Shown: one piece after another, positions 48,420-63,900 of the stretch | Numbering within the stretch: position 1 is the first letter of the stretch | How the letters are laid out: the number at the start of each line of letters is the position of its first letter | DNA from: Eledone cirrhosa | Lineage: Eukaryota | Length of the DNA: 64,000 nt | Direction: 5' to 3' | NCBI GenBank assembly: GCA_964016885.1 | Contig: OZ024740.1 | Coordinates: forward strand, 416,392,001-416,456,000 | Made by a program: the position numbers and the translations under genes | The notes under the pieces: generated by a model | The model's database searches: none | Told to the model about the DNA's origin: nothing | What the model saw: the letters and a program-made list of their open reading frames with translations, nothing else

Positions 48420-49900
48420 TTTAAAGGCTATTACCATACTCATTACACTTTATCAATAAAAGGATATTACCATACTCATTACACTTTATCATTAAAAGGA
48501 TATTACCATACTCATTACACTTTATCATTAAAAGGATATTACCATACTCATTACACGTTATCATTAAAAGGATATTACCATAATCATTACACTTTATCAT
48601 TAAAAGGATATTACCATACTCATTACACGTTATCATTAAAAGGATATTACCATACTCATTACACGTTATCATTAAAAGGATATTACCATACTCATTACAC
48701 TTTATCATTAAAAGGATATTACCATACTCATTACACTTTATCATTAAAAGGATATTACCATACTCATTACACGTTATCATTAAAAGGATATTACCATACT
48801 CATTACACGTTATCATTAAAAGGATATTACCATACTAATTACACTTTATCATTAAAAGGATATTACCATACTCATTACACGTTATCATTAAAAGGATATT
48901 ACCATACTCATTACACTTTATCATTAAAAGGATATTACCATACTCATTACACTTTATCACTAAAAGGATATTACCATACTCATTACACTTTATAATTAAA
49001 AGGCTATTACCATACTCATTACACTTTATCACTAAAAGGATATTACCATACTCATTACACTTTATCATTTAAAGGCTATTACCATACTCATTACACTTTA
49101 TCATTAAAAGGATATTACCATACTCATTACACTTTATCATTAAAAGGATATTTCCATACTCATTACACTTTATCATTAAAAGGATATTACCATACTCATT
49201 ACACGTTATCATTAAAAGGATATTACCATACTCATTACACTTTATCATTAAAAGGATATTACCATACTCATTACACGTTATCATTAAAAGGATATTACCA
49301 TACTCATTACACGTTATCATTAAAAGGATATTACCATACTCATTACACTTTATCATTAAAAGGATATTACCATACTCATTACACTTTATCATTAAAAGGA
49401 TATTACCATACTCATTACACGTTATCATTAAAAGGATATTACCATACTCATTACACGTTATCATTAAAAGGATATTACCATACTAATTACACTTTATCAT
49501 TAAAAGGATATTACCATACTCATTACACGTTATCATTAAAAGGATATTACCATACTCATTACACTTTATCATTAAAAGGATATTACCATACTCATTACAC
49601 TTTATCACTAAAAGGATATTACCATACTCATTACACTTTATAATTAAATGGCTATTACCATACTCATTACACTTTATCACTAAAAGGATATTACCATACT
49701 CATTACACTTTATCATTTAAAGGCTATTACCATACTCATTACACTTTATCATTAAAAGGATATTACCATACTCATTACACTTTATCATTAAAAGGATATT
49801 ACCATACTCATTACACTTTATCATTAAAAGGATATTACCATACTCATTACACGTTATCATTAAAAGGATATTACCATACTCATTACACTTTATCATTAAA
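48420..49900. repeat. 18-monomer (648-bp) higher-order repeat, a little over 2 copies
   Basis: TTTAAAGGCT monomers at 48420, 49068, 49716 and CTAATT variant ORF stops at 48835 and 49483 are all 648 bp apart. Confidence 0.85.
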
Positions 49901-50670
49901 AGGATATTACCATACTCATTACACGTTATCATTAAAAGGATATTACCATACTCATTACACTTTATCACTAAAAGGATATTACCATACTCATTACACTTTA
50001 TCATTAAAAGGATATTACCATACTCATTACACTTTATCATTAAAAGGATATTACCATACTCATTACACTTTATCATTAAAAGGCTATTACCATACTCATT
50101 ACACTTTATCATTAAAAGGATATTACCATACTCATTACACTTTATCATTAAAAGGATATTACCATACTCATTACACTTTATCACTAAAAGGATATTACCA
50201 TACTCATTACACTTTATCATTAAAAGTCTATTACCATACTCATTACACTTTATCATTAAAAGGATATTACCATACTCATTACACTTTATCACTAAAAGGA
50301 TATTACCATACTCATTACACTTTATCATTAAAAGGCTATTACCATACTCATTACACTTTATCATTAAAAGGATATTACCATACTCATTACACTTTATCAC
50401 TAAAAGGCTATTACCATACTCATTACACGTTATCATTAAAAGGATATTACCATACTCATTACACTTTATCACTAAAAGGATATTACCATACTCATTACAC
50501 GTTATCATTAAAAGGATATTACCATACTCATTACACTTTATAATTAAAAGGATATTACCATACTCATTACACTTTATCATTAAAAGGATATTACCATACT
50601 CATTACACGTTATCATTAAAAGGATATTACCATACTCATTACACGTTATCATTAAAAGGATATTACCATA

Positions 50671-53600
50671 CTAATTACACTTTATCATTAAAAGGATATT
50701 ACCATACTCATTACACGTTATCATTAAAAGGATATTACCATACTCATTACACTTTATCATTAAAAGGATATTACCATACTCATTACACTTTATCACTAAA
50801 AGGATATTACCATACTCATTACACTTTATAATTAAATGGCTATTACCATACTCATTACACTTTATCACTAAAAGGATATTACCATACTCATTACACTTTA
50901 TCATTTAAAGGCTATTACCATACTCATTACACTTTATCATTAAAAGGATATTACCATACTCATTACACTTTATCATTAAAAGGATATTACCATACTCATT
51001 ACACTTTATCATTAAAAGGATATTACCATACTCATTACACGTTATCATTAAAAGGATATTACCATACTCATTACACTTTATCATTAAAAGGATATTACCA
51101 TACTCATTACACGTTATCATTAAAAGGATATTACCATACTCATTACACTTTATCACTAAAAGGATATTACCATACTCATTACACTTTATCATTAAAAGGC
51201 TATTACCATACTCATTACACTTTATCATTAAAAGGATATTACCATACTCATTACACTTTATCATTAAAAGGATATTACCATACTCATTTCACTTTATCAT
51301 TAAAAGGATATTACCATACTCATTACACTTTATCATTAAAAGGATATTACCATACTCATTACACTTTATCATTAAAAGGCTATTACCATACTCATTACAC
51401 TTTACCATTAAAAGGATATTACCATACTCATTACACTTTATCACTAAAAGGATATTACCATACTCATTACACTTTATCATTAAAAGGATATTACCATACT
51501 CATTACACTTTATCATTAAAAGGATATTACCATACTCATTACACTTTATCATTAAAAGGCTATTACCATACTCATTACACTTTATCATTAAAAGGATATT
51601 ACCATACTCATTACACTTTATCATTAAAAGGATATTACCATACTCATTACACTTTATCACTAAAAGGATATTACCATACTCATTACACTTTATCATTAAA
51701 AGGCTATTACCATACTCATTACACTTTATCATTAAAAGGATATTACCATACTCATTACACTTTATCACTAAAAGGATATTACCATACTCATTACACTTTA
51801 TCATTAAAAGGCTATTACCATACTCATTACACTTTATCATTAAAAGGATATTACCATACTCATTACACTTTATCACTAAAAGGCTATTACCATACTCATT
51901 ACACGTTATCATTAAAAGGATATTACCATACTCATTACACTTTATCACTAAAAGGATATTACCATACTCATTACACGTTATCATTAAAAGGATATTACCA
52001 TACTCATTACACTTTATAATTAAAAGGATATTACCATACTCATTACACTTTATCATTAAAAGGATATTACCATACTCATTACACGTTATCATTAAAAGGA
52101 TATTACCATACTCATTACACTTTATAATTAAAAGGATATTACCATACTCATTACACTTTATCATTAAAAGGCTATTACCATACTCATTACACTTTACCAT
52201 TAAAAGGATATTACCGTACTCATTACACTTTATCATTAAAAGGATATTACCATACTCATTACACGTTATCACTAAAAGGATGTTACCATACTCATTACAC
52301 TTTATCATTAAAAGGCTATTACCATACTCATTACACTTTATCATTAAAAGGATATTACCATACTCATTACACTTTATCATTAAAAGGATATTACCATACT
52401 CATTACACGTTATCACTAAAAGGATATTACCATACTCATTACACTTTATCATTAAAAGGCTATTACCATACTCATTACACTTTATCATTAAAAGGATATT
52501 ACCATACTCATTACACGTTATCACTAAAAGGATATTACCATACTCATTACACTTTATCATTAAAAGGCTATTACCATACTCATTACACTTTATCACTAAA
52601 ATGATATTACCATACTCATTACACTTTATTACTAAAATGATATTACCATACTCATTACACGTTATCATTAAAAGGATATTACCATACTCATTACACTTTA
52701 TCATTAAAAGGCTATTACCATACTCATTACACGTTATCATTAAAAGGATATTACCATACTCATTACACGTTATCATTAAAAGGATATTACCATACTCATT
52801 ACACGTTATCATTAAAAGGATATTACCATACTCATTACACGTTATCATTAAAAGGATATTACCATACTCATTACACTTTATCATTAAAAGGCTATTACCA
52901 TACTCATTACACTTTATCACTAAAAGGCTATTACCATACTCATTACACGTTATCACTAAAAGGATATTACCATACTCATTACACGTTATCATTAAAAGGA
53001 TATTACCATACTCATTACACTTTATCATTAAAAGGCTATTACCATACTCATTACACGTTCTCATTAAAAGGATATTACCATACTCATTACACGTTATCAT
53101 TAAAAGGATATTACCATACTCATTACACGTTATCATTAAAAGGATATTACCATACTCATTACACGTTATCATTAAAAGGATATTACCATACTCATTACAC
53201 GTTATCATTTAAAGGATATTACCATACTCATTACACGTTATCACTAAAAGGATATTACCATACTCATTACACGTTATCATTAAAAGGATATTACCATACT
53301 CATTACACTTTATCGTTAAAAGGCTATTACCATACTCATTAAACGTTATCATTAAAAGGATATTACCATACTCATTACACGTTATCATTAAAAGGATATT
53401 ACCATACTCATTACACGTTATCATTAAAAGGATATTACCATACTCATTACACGTTATCATTAAAAGGATATTACCATACTCATTACACGTTATCATTAAA
53501 AGGATATTACCATACTCATTACACTTTATCATTAAAAGGCTATTACCATACTCATTACACGTTATCATTAAAAGGATATTACCATACTCATTACACTTTA

Positions 53601-56600
53601 TCATTAAAAGGATATTACCATACTCATTACACTTTATCATTAAAAGGATATTACCATACTCATTACACGTTATCATTAAAAGGATATTACCATACTCATT
53701 ACACGTTATCATTAAAAGGATATTACCATACTCATTACACTTTATCATTAAAAGGATATTACCATACTCATTACACTTTATCATTAAAAGGATATTACCA
53801 TACTCATTACACGTTATCATTAAAAGGATATTACCATACTCATTACACGTTATCATTAAAAGGATATTACCATACTAATTACACTTTATCATTAAAAGGA
53901 TATTACCATACTCATTACACGTTATCATTAAAAGGATATTACCATACTCATTACACGTTATCATTAAAAGGATATTACCATACTCATTACACTTTATCAT
54001 TAAAAGGATATTACCATACTCATTACACTTTATCACTAAAAGGATATTACCATACTCATTACACTTTATAATTAAAAGGCTATTACCATACTCATTACAC
54101 TTTATCACTAAAAGGATATTACCATACTCATTACACTTTATCATTTAAAGGCTATTACCATACTCATTACACTTTATCATTAAAAGGATATTACCATACT
54201 CATTACACTTTATCATTAAAAGGATATTACCATACTCATTACACTTTATCATTAAAAGGATATTACCATACTCATTACACGTTATCATTAAAAGGATATT
54301 ACCATACTCATTACACTTTATCATTAAAAGGATATTACCATACTCATTACACGTTATCATTAAAAGGATATTACCATACTCATTACACTTTATCACTAAA
54401 AGGATATTACCATACTCATTACACTTTATCATTAAAAGGCTATTACCATACTCATTACACTTTATCATTAAAAGGATATTACCATACTCATTACACTTTA
54501 TCATTAAAAGGATATTACCATACTCATTTCACTTTATCATTAAAAGGATATTACCATACTCATTACACTTTATCATTAAAAGGATATTACCATACTCATT
54601 ACACTTTATCATTAAAAGGCTATTACCATACTCATTACACTTTATCATTAAAAGGATATTACCATACTCATTACACTTTATCACTAAAAGGATATTACCA
54701 TACTCATTACACTTTATCATTAAAAGGATATTACCATACTCATTACACTTTATCATTAAAAGGATATTACCATACTCATTACACTTTATCATTAAAAGGC
54801 TATTACCATACTCATTACACTTTATCATTAAAAGGATATTACCATACTCATTACACTTTATTATTAAAAGGATATTACCATACTCATTACACTTTATCAC
54901 TAAAAGGATATTACCATACTCATTACACTTTATCATTAAAAGGCTATTACCATACTCATTACACTTTATCATTAAAAGGATATTACCATACTCATTACAC
55001 TTTATCACTAAAAGGATATTACCATACTCATTACACTTTATCATTAAAAGGCTATTACCATACTCATTACACTTTATCATTAAAAGGATATTACCATACT
55101 CATTACACTTTATCACTAAAAGGCTATTACCATACTCATTACACGTTATCATTAAAAGGATATTACCATACTCATTACACTTTATCACTAAAAGGATATT
55201 ACCATACTCATTACACGTTATCATTAAAAGGATATTACCATACTCATTACACTTTATAATTAAAAGGATATTACCATACTCATTACACTTTATCATTAAA
55301 CGGATATTACCATACTCATTACACGTTATCATTAAAAGGATATTACCATACTCATTACACTTTATAATTAAAAGGATATTACCATACTCATTACACTTTA
55401 TCATTAAAAGGCTATTACCATACTCATTACACTTTACAATTAAAAGGATATTACCGTACTCATTACACTTTATCATTAAAAGGATATTACCATACTCATT
55501 ACACGTTATCACTAAAAGGATGTTACCATACTCATTACACTTTATCATTAAAAGGCTATTACCATACTCATTACACTTTATCATTAAAAGGATATTACCA
55601 TACTCATTACACTTTATCATTAAAAGGATATTACCATACTCATTACACGTTATCACTAAAAGGATATTACCATACTCATTACACTTTATCATTAAAAGGC
55701 TATTACCATACTCATTACACTTTATCATTAAAAGGCTATTACCATACTCATTACACTTTATCACTAAAATGATATTACCATACTCATTACACTTTATCAC
55801 TAAAATGATATTACCATACTCATTACACGTTATCATTAAAAGGATATTACCATACTCATTACACTTTATCATTAAAAGGCTATTACCATACTCATTACAC
55901 GTTATCATTAAAAGGATATTACCATACTCATTACACGTTATCATTAAAAGGATATTACCATACTCATTACACGTTATCATTAAAAGGATATTACCATACT
56001 CATTACACGTTATCATTAAAAGGATATTACCATACTCATTACACTTTATCATTAAAAGGCTATTACCATACTCATTACACTTTATCACTAAAAGGCTATT
56101 ACCATACTCATTACACGTTATCATTAAAAGGATATTACCATACTCATTACACGTTATCACTAAAAGGATATTACCATACTCATTACACGTTATCATTAAA
56201 AGGATATTACCATACTCATTACACTTTATCATTAAAAGGCTATTACCATACTCATTACACGTTATCATTAAAAGGATATTACCATACTCATTACACGTTA
56301 TCATTAAAAGGATATTACCATACTCATTACACGTTATCATTAAAAGGATATTACCATACTCATTACACGTTATCATTAAAAGGATATTACCATACTCATT
56401 ACACGTTATCATTTAAAGGATATTACCATACTCATTACACGTTATCACTAAAAGGATATTACCATACTCATTACACGTTATCATTAAAAGGATATTACCA
56501 TACTCATTACACTTTATCGTTAAAAGGCTATTACCATACTCATTACACGTTATCATTAAAAGGATATTACCATACTCATTACACGTTATCATTAAAAGGA

Positions 56601-57347
56601 TATTACCATACTCATTACACGTTATCATTAAAAGGATATTACCATACTCATTACACGTTATCATTAAAAGGATATTACCATACTCATTACACGTTATCAT
56701 TAAAAGGATATTACCATACTCATTACACGTTATCATTAAAAGGCTATTACCATACTCATTACACGTTATCATTAAAAGGATATTACCATACTCATTACAC
56801 GTTATCATTAAAAGGATATTACCATACTCATTACACGTTATCATTAAAAGGATATTACCATACTCATTACACGTTATCATTAAAAGGATATTACCATACT
56901 CATTACACGTTATCATTAAAAGGATATTACCATACTCATTACACTTTATCATTAAAAGGATATTACCATACTCATTACACGTTATCATTAAAAGGATATT
57001 ACCATACTCATTACACTTTATCACTAAAAGGATATTACCATACTCATTACACTTTATCACTAAAAGGATATTACCATACTCATTACACGTTATCACTAAA
57101 AGGATATTACCATACTCATTACACTTTATCACTAAAAGGATATTACCATACTCATTACACTTTATCATTAAAAGGATATTACCATACTCATTACACTTTA
57201 TCATTAAAAGGATATTACCATACTCATTACACTTTATCATTAAAAGGATATTACCATACTCATTACACTTTATCACTAAAAGGATATTACCACACTCATT
57301 ACACGTTATCACTAAAAGGATATTACCATACTCATTACACTTTACCA
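50671..57347. repeat. 89-90-monomer (~3.2-kb) tandem duplication; long form of domain B
   Basis: Marker pairs 50905/54145, 51289/54529 (CATTTCAC) and 52280/55520 (GGATGTT) are offset by 3240; 53209/56413 and ATCGTT 53315/56519 are offset by 3204. Confidence 0.88.
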
Positions 57348-59900
57348 CTAAAAGGCTATTACCTTACTCATTACACTTTATCATTAAAAGGATATTACCA
57401 TACTCATTACACTTTATCATTAAGAGGATATTACCATACTCATTACACTTTATCATTAAAAGGATATTACCATACTCATTACACGTTATCACTAAAAGGA
57501 TATTACCATACTCATTACACTTTATCACTAAAAGGCTATTACCTTACTCATTACACTTTATCATTAAAAGGATATTACCATACTCATTACACTTTATCAT
57601 TAAAAGGATATTACCATACTCATTACACGTTATCACTAAAAGGATATTACCATACTCATTACACTTTATCACTAAAAGGCTATTGCCTTACTCATTACAC
57701 TTTATCATTAAAAGGATATTACCATACTCATTACACTTTATCATTAAAAGGCTATTACCTTACTCATTACACTTTATCATTAAAAGGATATTACCATACT
57801 CATTACACTTTATCATTAAAAGGATATTACCATACTCATTACACGTTATCACTAAAAGGATATTACCATACTCATTACACTTTATCACTAAAAGGCTATT
57901 ACCTTACTCATTACACTTTATCATTAAAAGGATATTACCATACTCATTACACTTTATCATTAAAAGGATATTACCATACTCATTACACGTTATCACTAAA
58001 AGGATATTACCATACTCATTACACGTTATCACTAAAAGGCTATTACCATACTCATTACACTTTATCACTAAAAGGATATTACCATACTCATTACACTTTA
58101 TCATTAAAAGGATATTACCATACTCATTACACTTTATCATTAAAAGGATATTACCATACTCATTACACGTTATCACTAAAAGGATATTACCATACTCATT
58201 ACACTTTATCATTAAAAGGACATTACCATACTCATTACACGTTATCACTAAAAGGATATTACCATACTCATTACACTTTATCATTAAAAGGATATTACCA
58301 TACTCATTACATGTTATCATTAAAAGGATATTACCATACTCATTAGACGTTATCACTAAAAGGATATTACCATACTCATTACACTTTATCATTAAAAGGA
58401 TATTACCATACTCATTACACGTTATCACTAAAAGGATATTACCATACTCATTACACTTTATCATTAAAAGGATATTACCATACTCATTACACTTTATCAT
58501 TAAAAGGATATTACCATACTCATTACACGTTATCACTAAAAGGATATTACCATACTCATTACACTTTATCATTGAAAGGATATTACCATACTCATTACAC
58601 GTTATCACTAAAACGATACTACCATACTCATTACACTTTATCATTAAAAGGATATTACCATACTCATTACATGTTATCATTAAAAGGATATTACCATACT
58701 CATTACATGTTATCATTAAAAGGATATTACCACACTCATTACACGTTATCGCTAAAAGGATATTACCATACTCATTACACTTTATAATTAAAAGGCTATT
58801 ACCATACTCATTACACTTTATCACTAAAAGGATATTACCACACTCATTACACTTTATCAATAAAAGGATATTACCATACTCATTACACGTTATCACTAAA
58901 AGGATATTACCATACTCATTAAACTTTATAATTAAAAGGCTATTACCATACTCATTACATTTTATCACTAAAAGGATATTACCATACTCATTACACGTTA
59001 TCAATAAAAGGATATTACCATACTCATTACACGTTATCATTAAAAGGCTATTACCATACTCATTACACTTTATCATTAAAAGGATATTACCATACTCATT
59101 ACACTTTATCATTAAAAGGATATTACCATACTCATTACACGTTATCATTAAAAGGCTATTACCATACTCATTACACGTTATCATTAAAAGGATATTACCA
59201 TACTCATTACACGTTATCACTAAAAGGATATTACCATACTCATTAAACTTTATAATTAAAAGGCTATTACCATACTCATTACATTTTATCACTAAAAGGA
59301 TATTACCATACTCATTACACGTTATCAATAAAAGGATATTACCATACTCATTACACGTTATCATTAAAAGGATATTACCATACTCGTTACACTTTATCAT
59401 TAAAAGGCTATTACCATACGCATTACACGTTATCATTAAAAGGATATTACCATACTCATTACACGTTATCACTAAAAGGATATTACCATACTCATTACAC
59501 TTTATCATTAAAAGGATATTACCATACTCATTACACTTTATCACTAAAAGGATATTACCATACTCATTACACTTTATCATTAAAAGGCTATTACCATACG
59601 CATTACACTTTATCATTAAAAGGATATTACCATACTCATTACACGTTATCATTAAAAGGATATTACCATACTCATTACACTTTATCATTAAAAGGCTATT
59701 ACCATACTCATTACACGTTATCATTAAAAGGATATTACCATACTCATTACACGTTATCATTAAAAGGATATTACCATACTCATTACACTTTATCATTAAA
59801 AGGATATTACCATACGCATTACACGTTATCATTAAAGGGATATTACCATACTCATTACAATTTATCATTAAAAGGCTATTACCATACTCATTACACTTTA
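57348..59900. repeat. Single diverged copy of the domain A higher-order unit
   Basis: CCTTAC cluster at 57348-57910, then CATGTT, TTGAAAGG (~58572), GATACT, CCACAC, ATTAAACT and TACGCATT in the same order as domain A, with several private substitutions. Confidence 0.85.
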
Positions 59901-60959
59901 TTACTAAAAGGATATTACCATACTCATTACACTTTATCACTAAAAGGATATTACCATACTCATTACACTTTATCATTAAAAGGATATTACCATACTCATT
60001 ACACTTTATCATTAAAAGGATATTACCATACTCATTACACTTTATCACTAAAAGGATATTACCATACTCATTACACTTTATCACTAAAAGGATATTACCA
60101 TACTCATTACACTTTATCATTAAAAGGATATTACCATACTCATTACACTTTATCACTAAAAGGATATTACCATACTCATTACACTTTATCACTAAAAGGA
60201 TATTACCATACTCATTACACTTTATCATTAAAAGGATATTACCATACTCATTACACTTTATCATTAAAAGGATATTACCATACTCATTACACTTTATCAC
60301 TAAAAGGATATTACCATACTCATTACACTTTATCACTAAAAGGATATTACCATACTCATTACACTTTATCACTAAAAGGATATTACCATACTCATTACAC
60401 TTTATCATTAAAAGGATATTACCATACTCATTACACTTTATCACTAAAAGGATATTACCATACTCATTACACTTTATCACTAAAAGGATATTACCATACT
60501 CATTACACTTTATCACTAAAAGGATATTACCATACTCATTACACTTTATCATTAAAAGGATATTACCATACTCATTACACTTTATCATTAAAAGGCTATT
60601 ACCATACTCATTACACTTTATCACTAAAAGGATATTACCATACTCATTACACGTTATCATTAAAAGGCTATTACCATACTCATTACACTTTATCATTAAA
60701 AGGATATTACCATACTCATTACACTTTATCATTAAAAGGATATTACCATACTCATTACACTTTATCACTAAAAGGATATTACCATACTCATTACACTTTA
60801 TCACTAAAAGGATATTACCATACACATTACACTTTATCATTAAAAGGATATTACCATACTCATTACACTTTATCATTAAAAGGCTATTACCATACTCATT
60901 ACACTTTATCACTAAAAGGATATTACCATACTCATTACACGTTATCATTAAAAGGATAT

Positions 60960-63900
60960 TACCATACTCATTACACTTTATCACTAAAAGGATTTTACCA
61001 TACTCATTACACTTTATCATTAAAAGGATATTACCATACTCATTACACTTTATCATTAAAAGGATATTACCATACTCATTACACTTTATCATTAAAAGGT
61101 TATTACCATACTCATTACACTTTATCACTAAAAGGATATTACCATACTCATTACACTTTATCATTAAAAGGATATTACCATACTCATTACACCTTATCAC
61201 TAAAAGGATATTACCATACTCATTACACTTTATCACTAAAAGGATATTACCATACTCATTACACTTTATCATTAAAAGGATATTACCATACTCATTACAG
61301 TTTATCACTAAAAGGATATTACCATACTCATTACACTTTATCATTAAAAGGATATTACCATACTCATTACACTTTATCATTAAAAGGATATTACCATACT
61401 CATTACACTTTATCATTAAAAGGATATTACCATACTCATTACACTTTATCACTAAAAGGATATTACCATACTCATTACACTTTATCATTAAAAGGATATT
61501 ACCATACTCATTACATATTATCATTAAAAGGATATTACCATACTCATTACACGTTATCACTAAAAGGATTTTACCATACTCATTACACTTTATCATTAAA
61601 AGGATATTACCATACTCATTACACTTTATCATTAAACGGATATTACCATACTCATTACACTTTATCACTAAAAGGATATTACCATACTCATTACACTTTA
61701 TCATTAAAAGGATATTACCATACTCATTACACTTTATCATTTAAAGGATATTACCATACTCATTACACTTTATCACTAAAAGGATATTACCATACTAATT
61801 ACACTTTATCACTAAAAGGATATTACCATACTCATTACACTTTATCATTAAAAGGATATTACCATACTCATTACATGTTATCACTAAAAGGATATTACCA
61901 TACTCATTACACGTTATAATTAAAAGGATATTACCATACTCATTCCACTTTATCATTAAAAGGATATTACCATACTCATTACACTTTATCATTAAAAGGA
62001 TATTACCATACTCATTACACGTTATCACTAAAAGGATATTACCATACTCATTACACTTTATCATTAAAAGGATATTACCATACTCATTACACGTTATCAT
62101 TAAAAGGATATTACCATACTCATTACACTTTATCATTAAAAGGATATTACCATACTCATTACACTTTATCATTAAAAGGATATTACCATACTCATTACAC
62201 TTTATCATTAAAAGGATATTACCATACTCATTACACGTTATCATTAAAAGGATATTACCATACTCATTACACTTTATCATTAAAAGGATATTACCATACT
62301 CATTACACGTTATCATTAAAAGGATATTACCATACTCATTACACTTTATCATTAAAAGGATATTACCATACTCATTACACTCTATCATTAAAAGGATATT
62401 ACCATACTCATTACACGTTATCATTAAAAGGATATTACCATACTCATTACACGTTATCATTAAAAGGATATTACCATACTCATTACACTTTATCATTAAA
62501 AGGATATTACCATACTCATTACACTTTATCACTAAAAGGATATTACCATACTCATTACACTTTATCACTAAAAGGATATTACCATACTCATTACACTTTA
62601 TCACTAAAAGGATTTTACCATACTCATTACACTTTATCATTAAAAGGATATTACCATACTCATTACACTTTATCATTAAAAGGATATTACCATACTCATT
62701 ACACTTTATCATTAAAAGGTTATTACCATACTCATTACACTTTATCACTAAAAGGATATTACCATACTCATTACACTTTATCATTAAAAGGATATTACCA
62801 TACTCATTACACTTTATCACTAAAAGGATATTACCATACTCATTACACTTTATCACTAAAAGGATATTACCATACTCATTACACTTTATCATTAAAAGGA
62901 TATTACCATACTCATTACAGTTTATCACTAAAAGGATATTACCATACTCATTACACTTTATCATTAAAAGGATATTACCATACTCATTACACTTTATCAT
63001 TAAAAGGATATTACCATACTCATTACACTTTATCATTAAAAGGATATTACCATACTCATTACACTTTATCACTAAAAGGATATTACCATACTCATTACAC
63101 TTTATCATTAAAAGGATATTACCATACTCATTACATATTATCATTAAAAGGATATTACCATACTCATTACACGTTATCACTAAAAGGATTTTACCATACT
63201 CTTTACACTTTATCATTAAAAGGATATTACCATACTCATTACACTTTATCATTAAACGGATATTACCATACTCATTACACTTTATCACTAAAAGGATATT
63301 ACCATACTCATTACACTTTATCATTAAAAGGATATTACCATACTCATTACACTTTATCATTTAAAGGATATTACCATACTCATTACACTTTATCACTAAA
63401 AGGATATTACCATACTAATTACACTTTATCACTAAAAGGATATTACCATACTCATTACACTTTATCATTAAAAGGATATTACCATACTCATTACATGTTA
63501 TCACTAAAAGGATATTACCATACTCATTACACGTTATAATTAAAAGGATATTACCATACTCATTCCACTTTATCATTAAAAGGATATTACCATACTCATT
63601 ACACTTTATCATTAAAAGGATATTACCATACTCATTACACGTTATCACTAAAAGGATATTACCATACTCATTACACTTTATCATTAAAAGGATATTACCA
63701 TACTCATTACACGTTATCATTAAAAGGATATTACCATACTCATTACACTTTATCATTAAAAGGATATTACCATACTCATTACACTTTATCATTAAAAGGA
63801 TATTACCATACTCATTACACTTTATCATTAAAAGGATATTACCATACTCATTACACGTTATCATTAAAAGGATATTACCATACTCATTACACTTTATCAT

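Noticed and set aside
4096-58787. Plus-strand (LSLKGYYHTHYT)n ORFs as annotated genes
   Set aside because: Most ATGs come from the CATGTT variant, the frame is repeatedly broken by TAA/TGA, and no gene context is visible. Kept only as a hypothesis in the findings.
1701-61744. Plus-strand ORFs encoding (IIKRILPYSLHF)n, up to 1841 aa
   Set aside because: They are open only because the 12-codon consensus has no stop. They overlap two other open frames, start at chance variants, and show no domain or synonymous bias.
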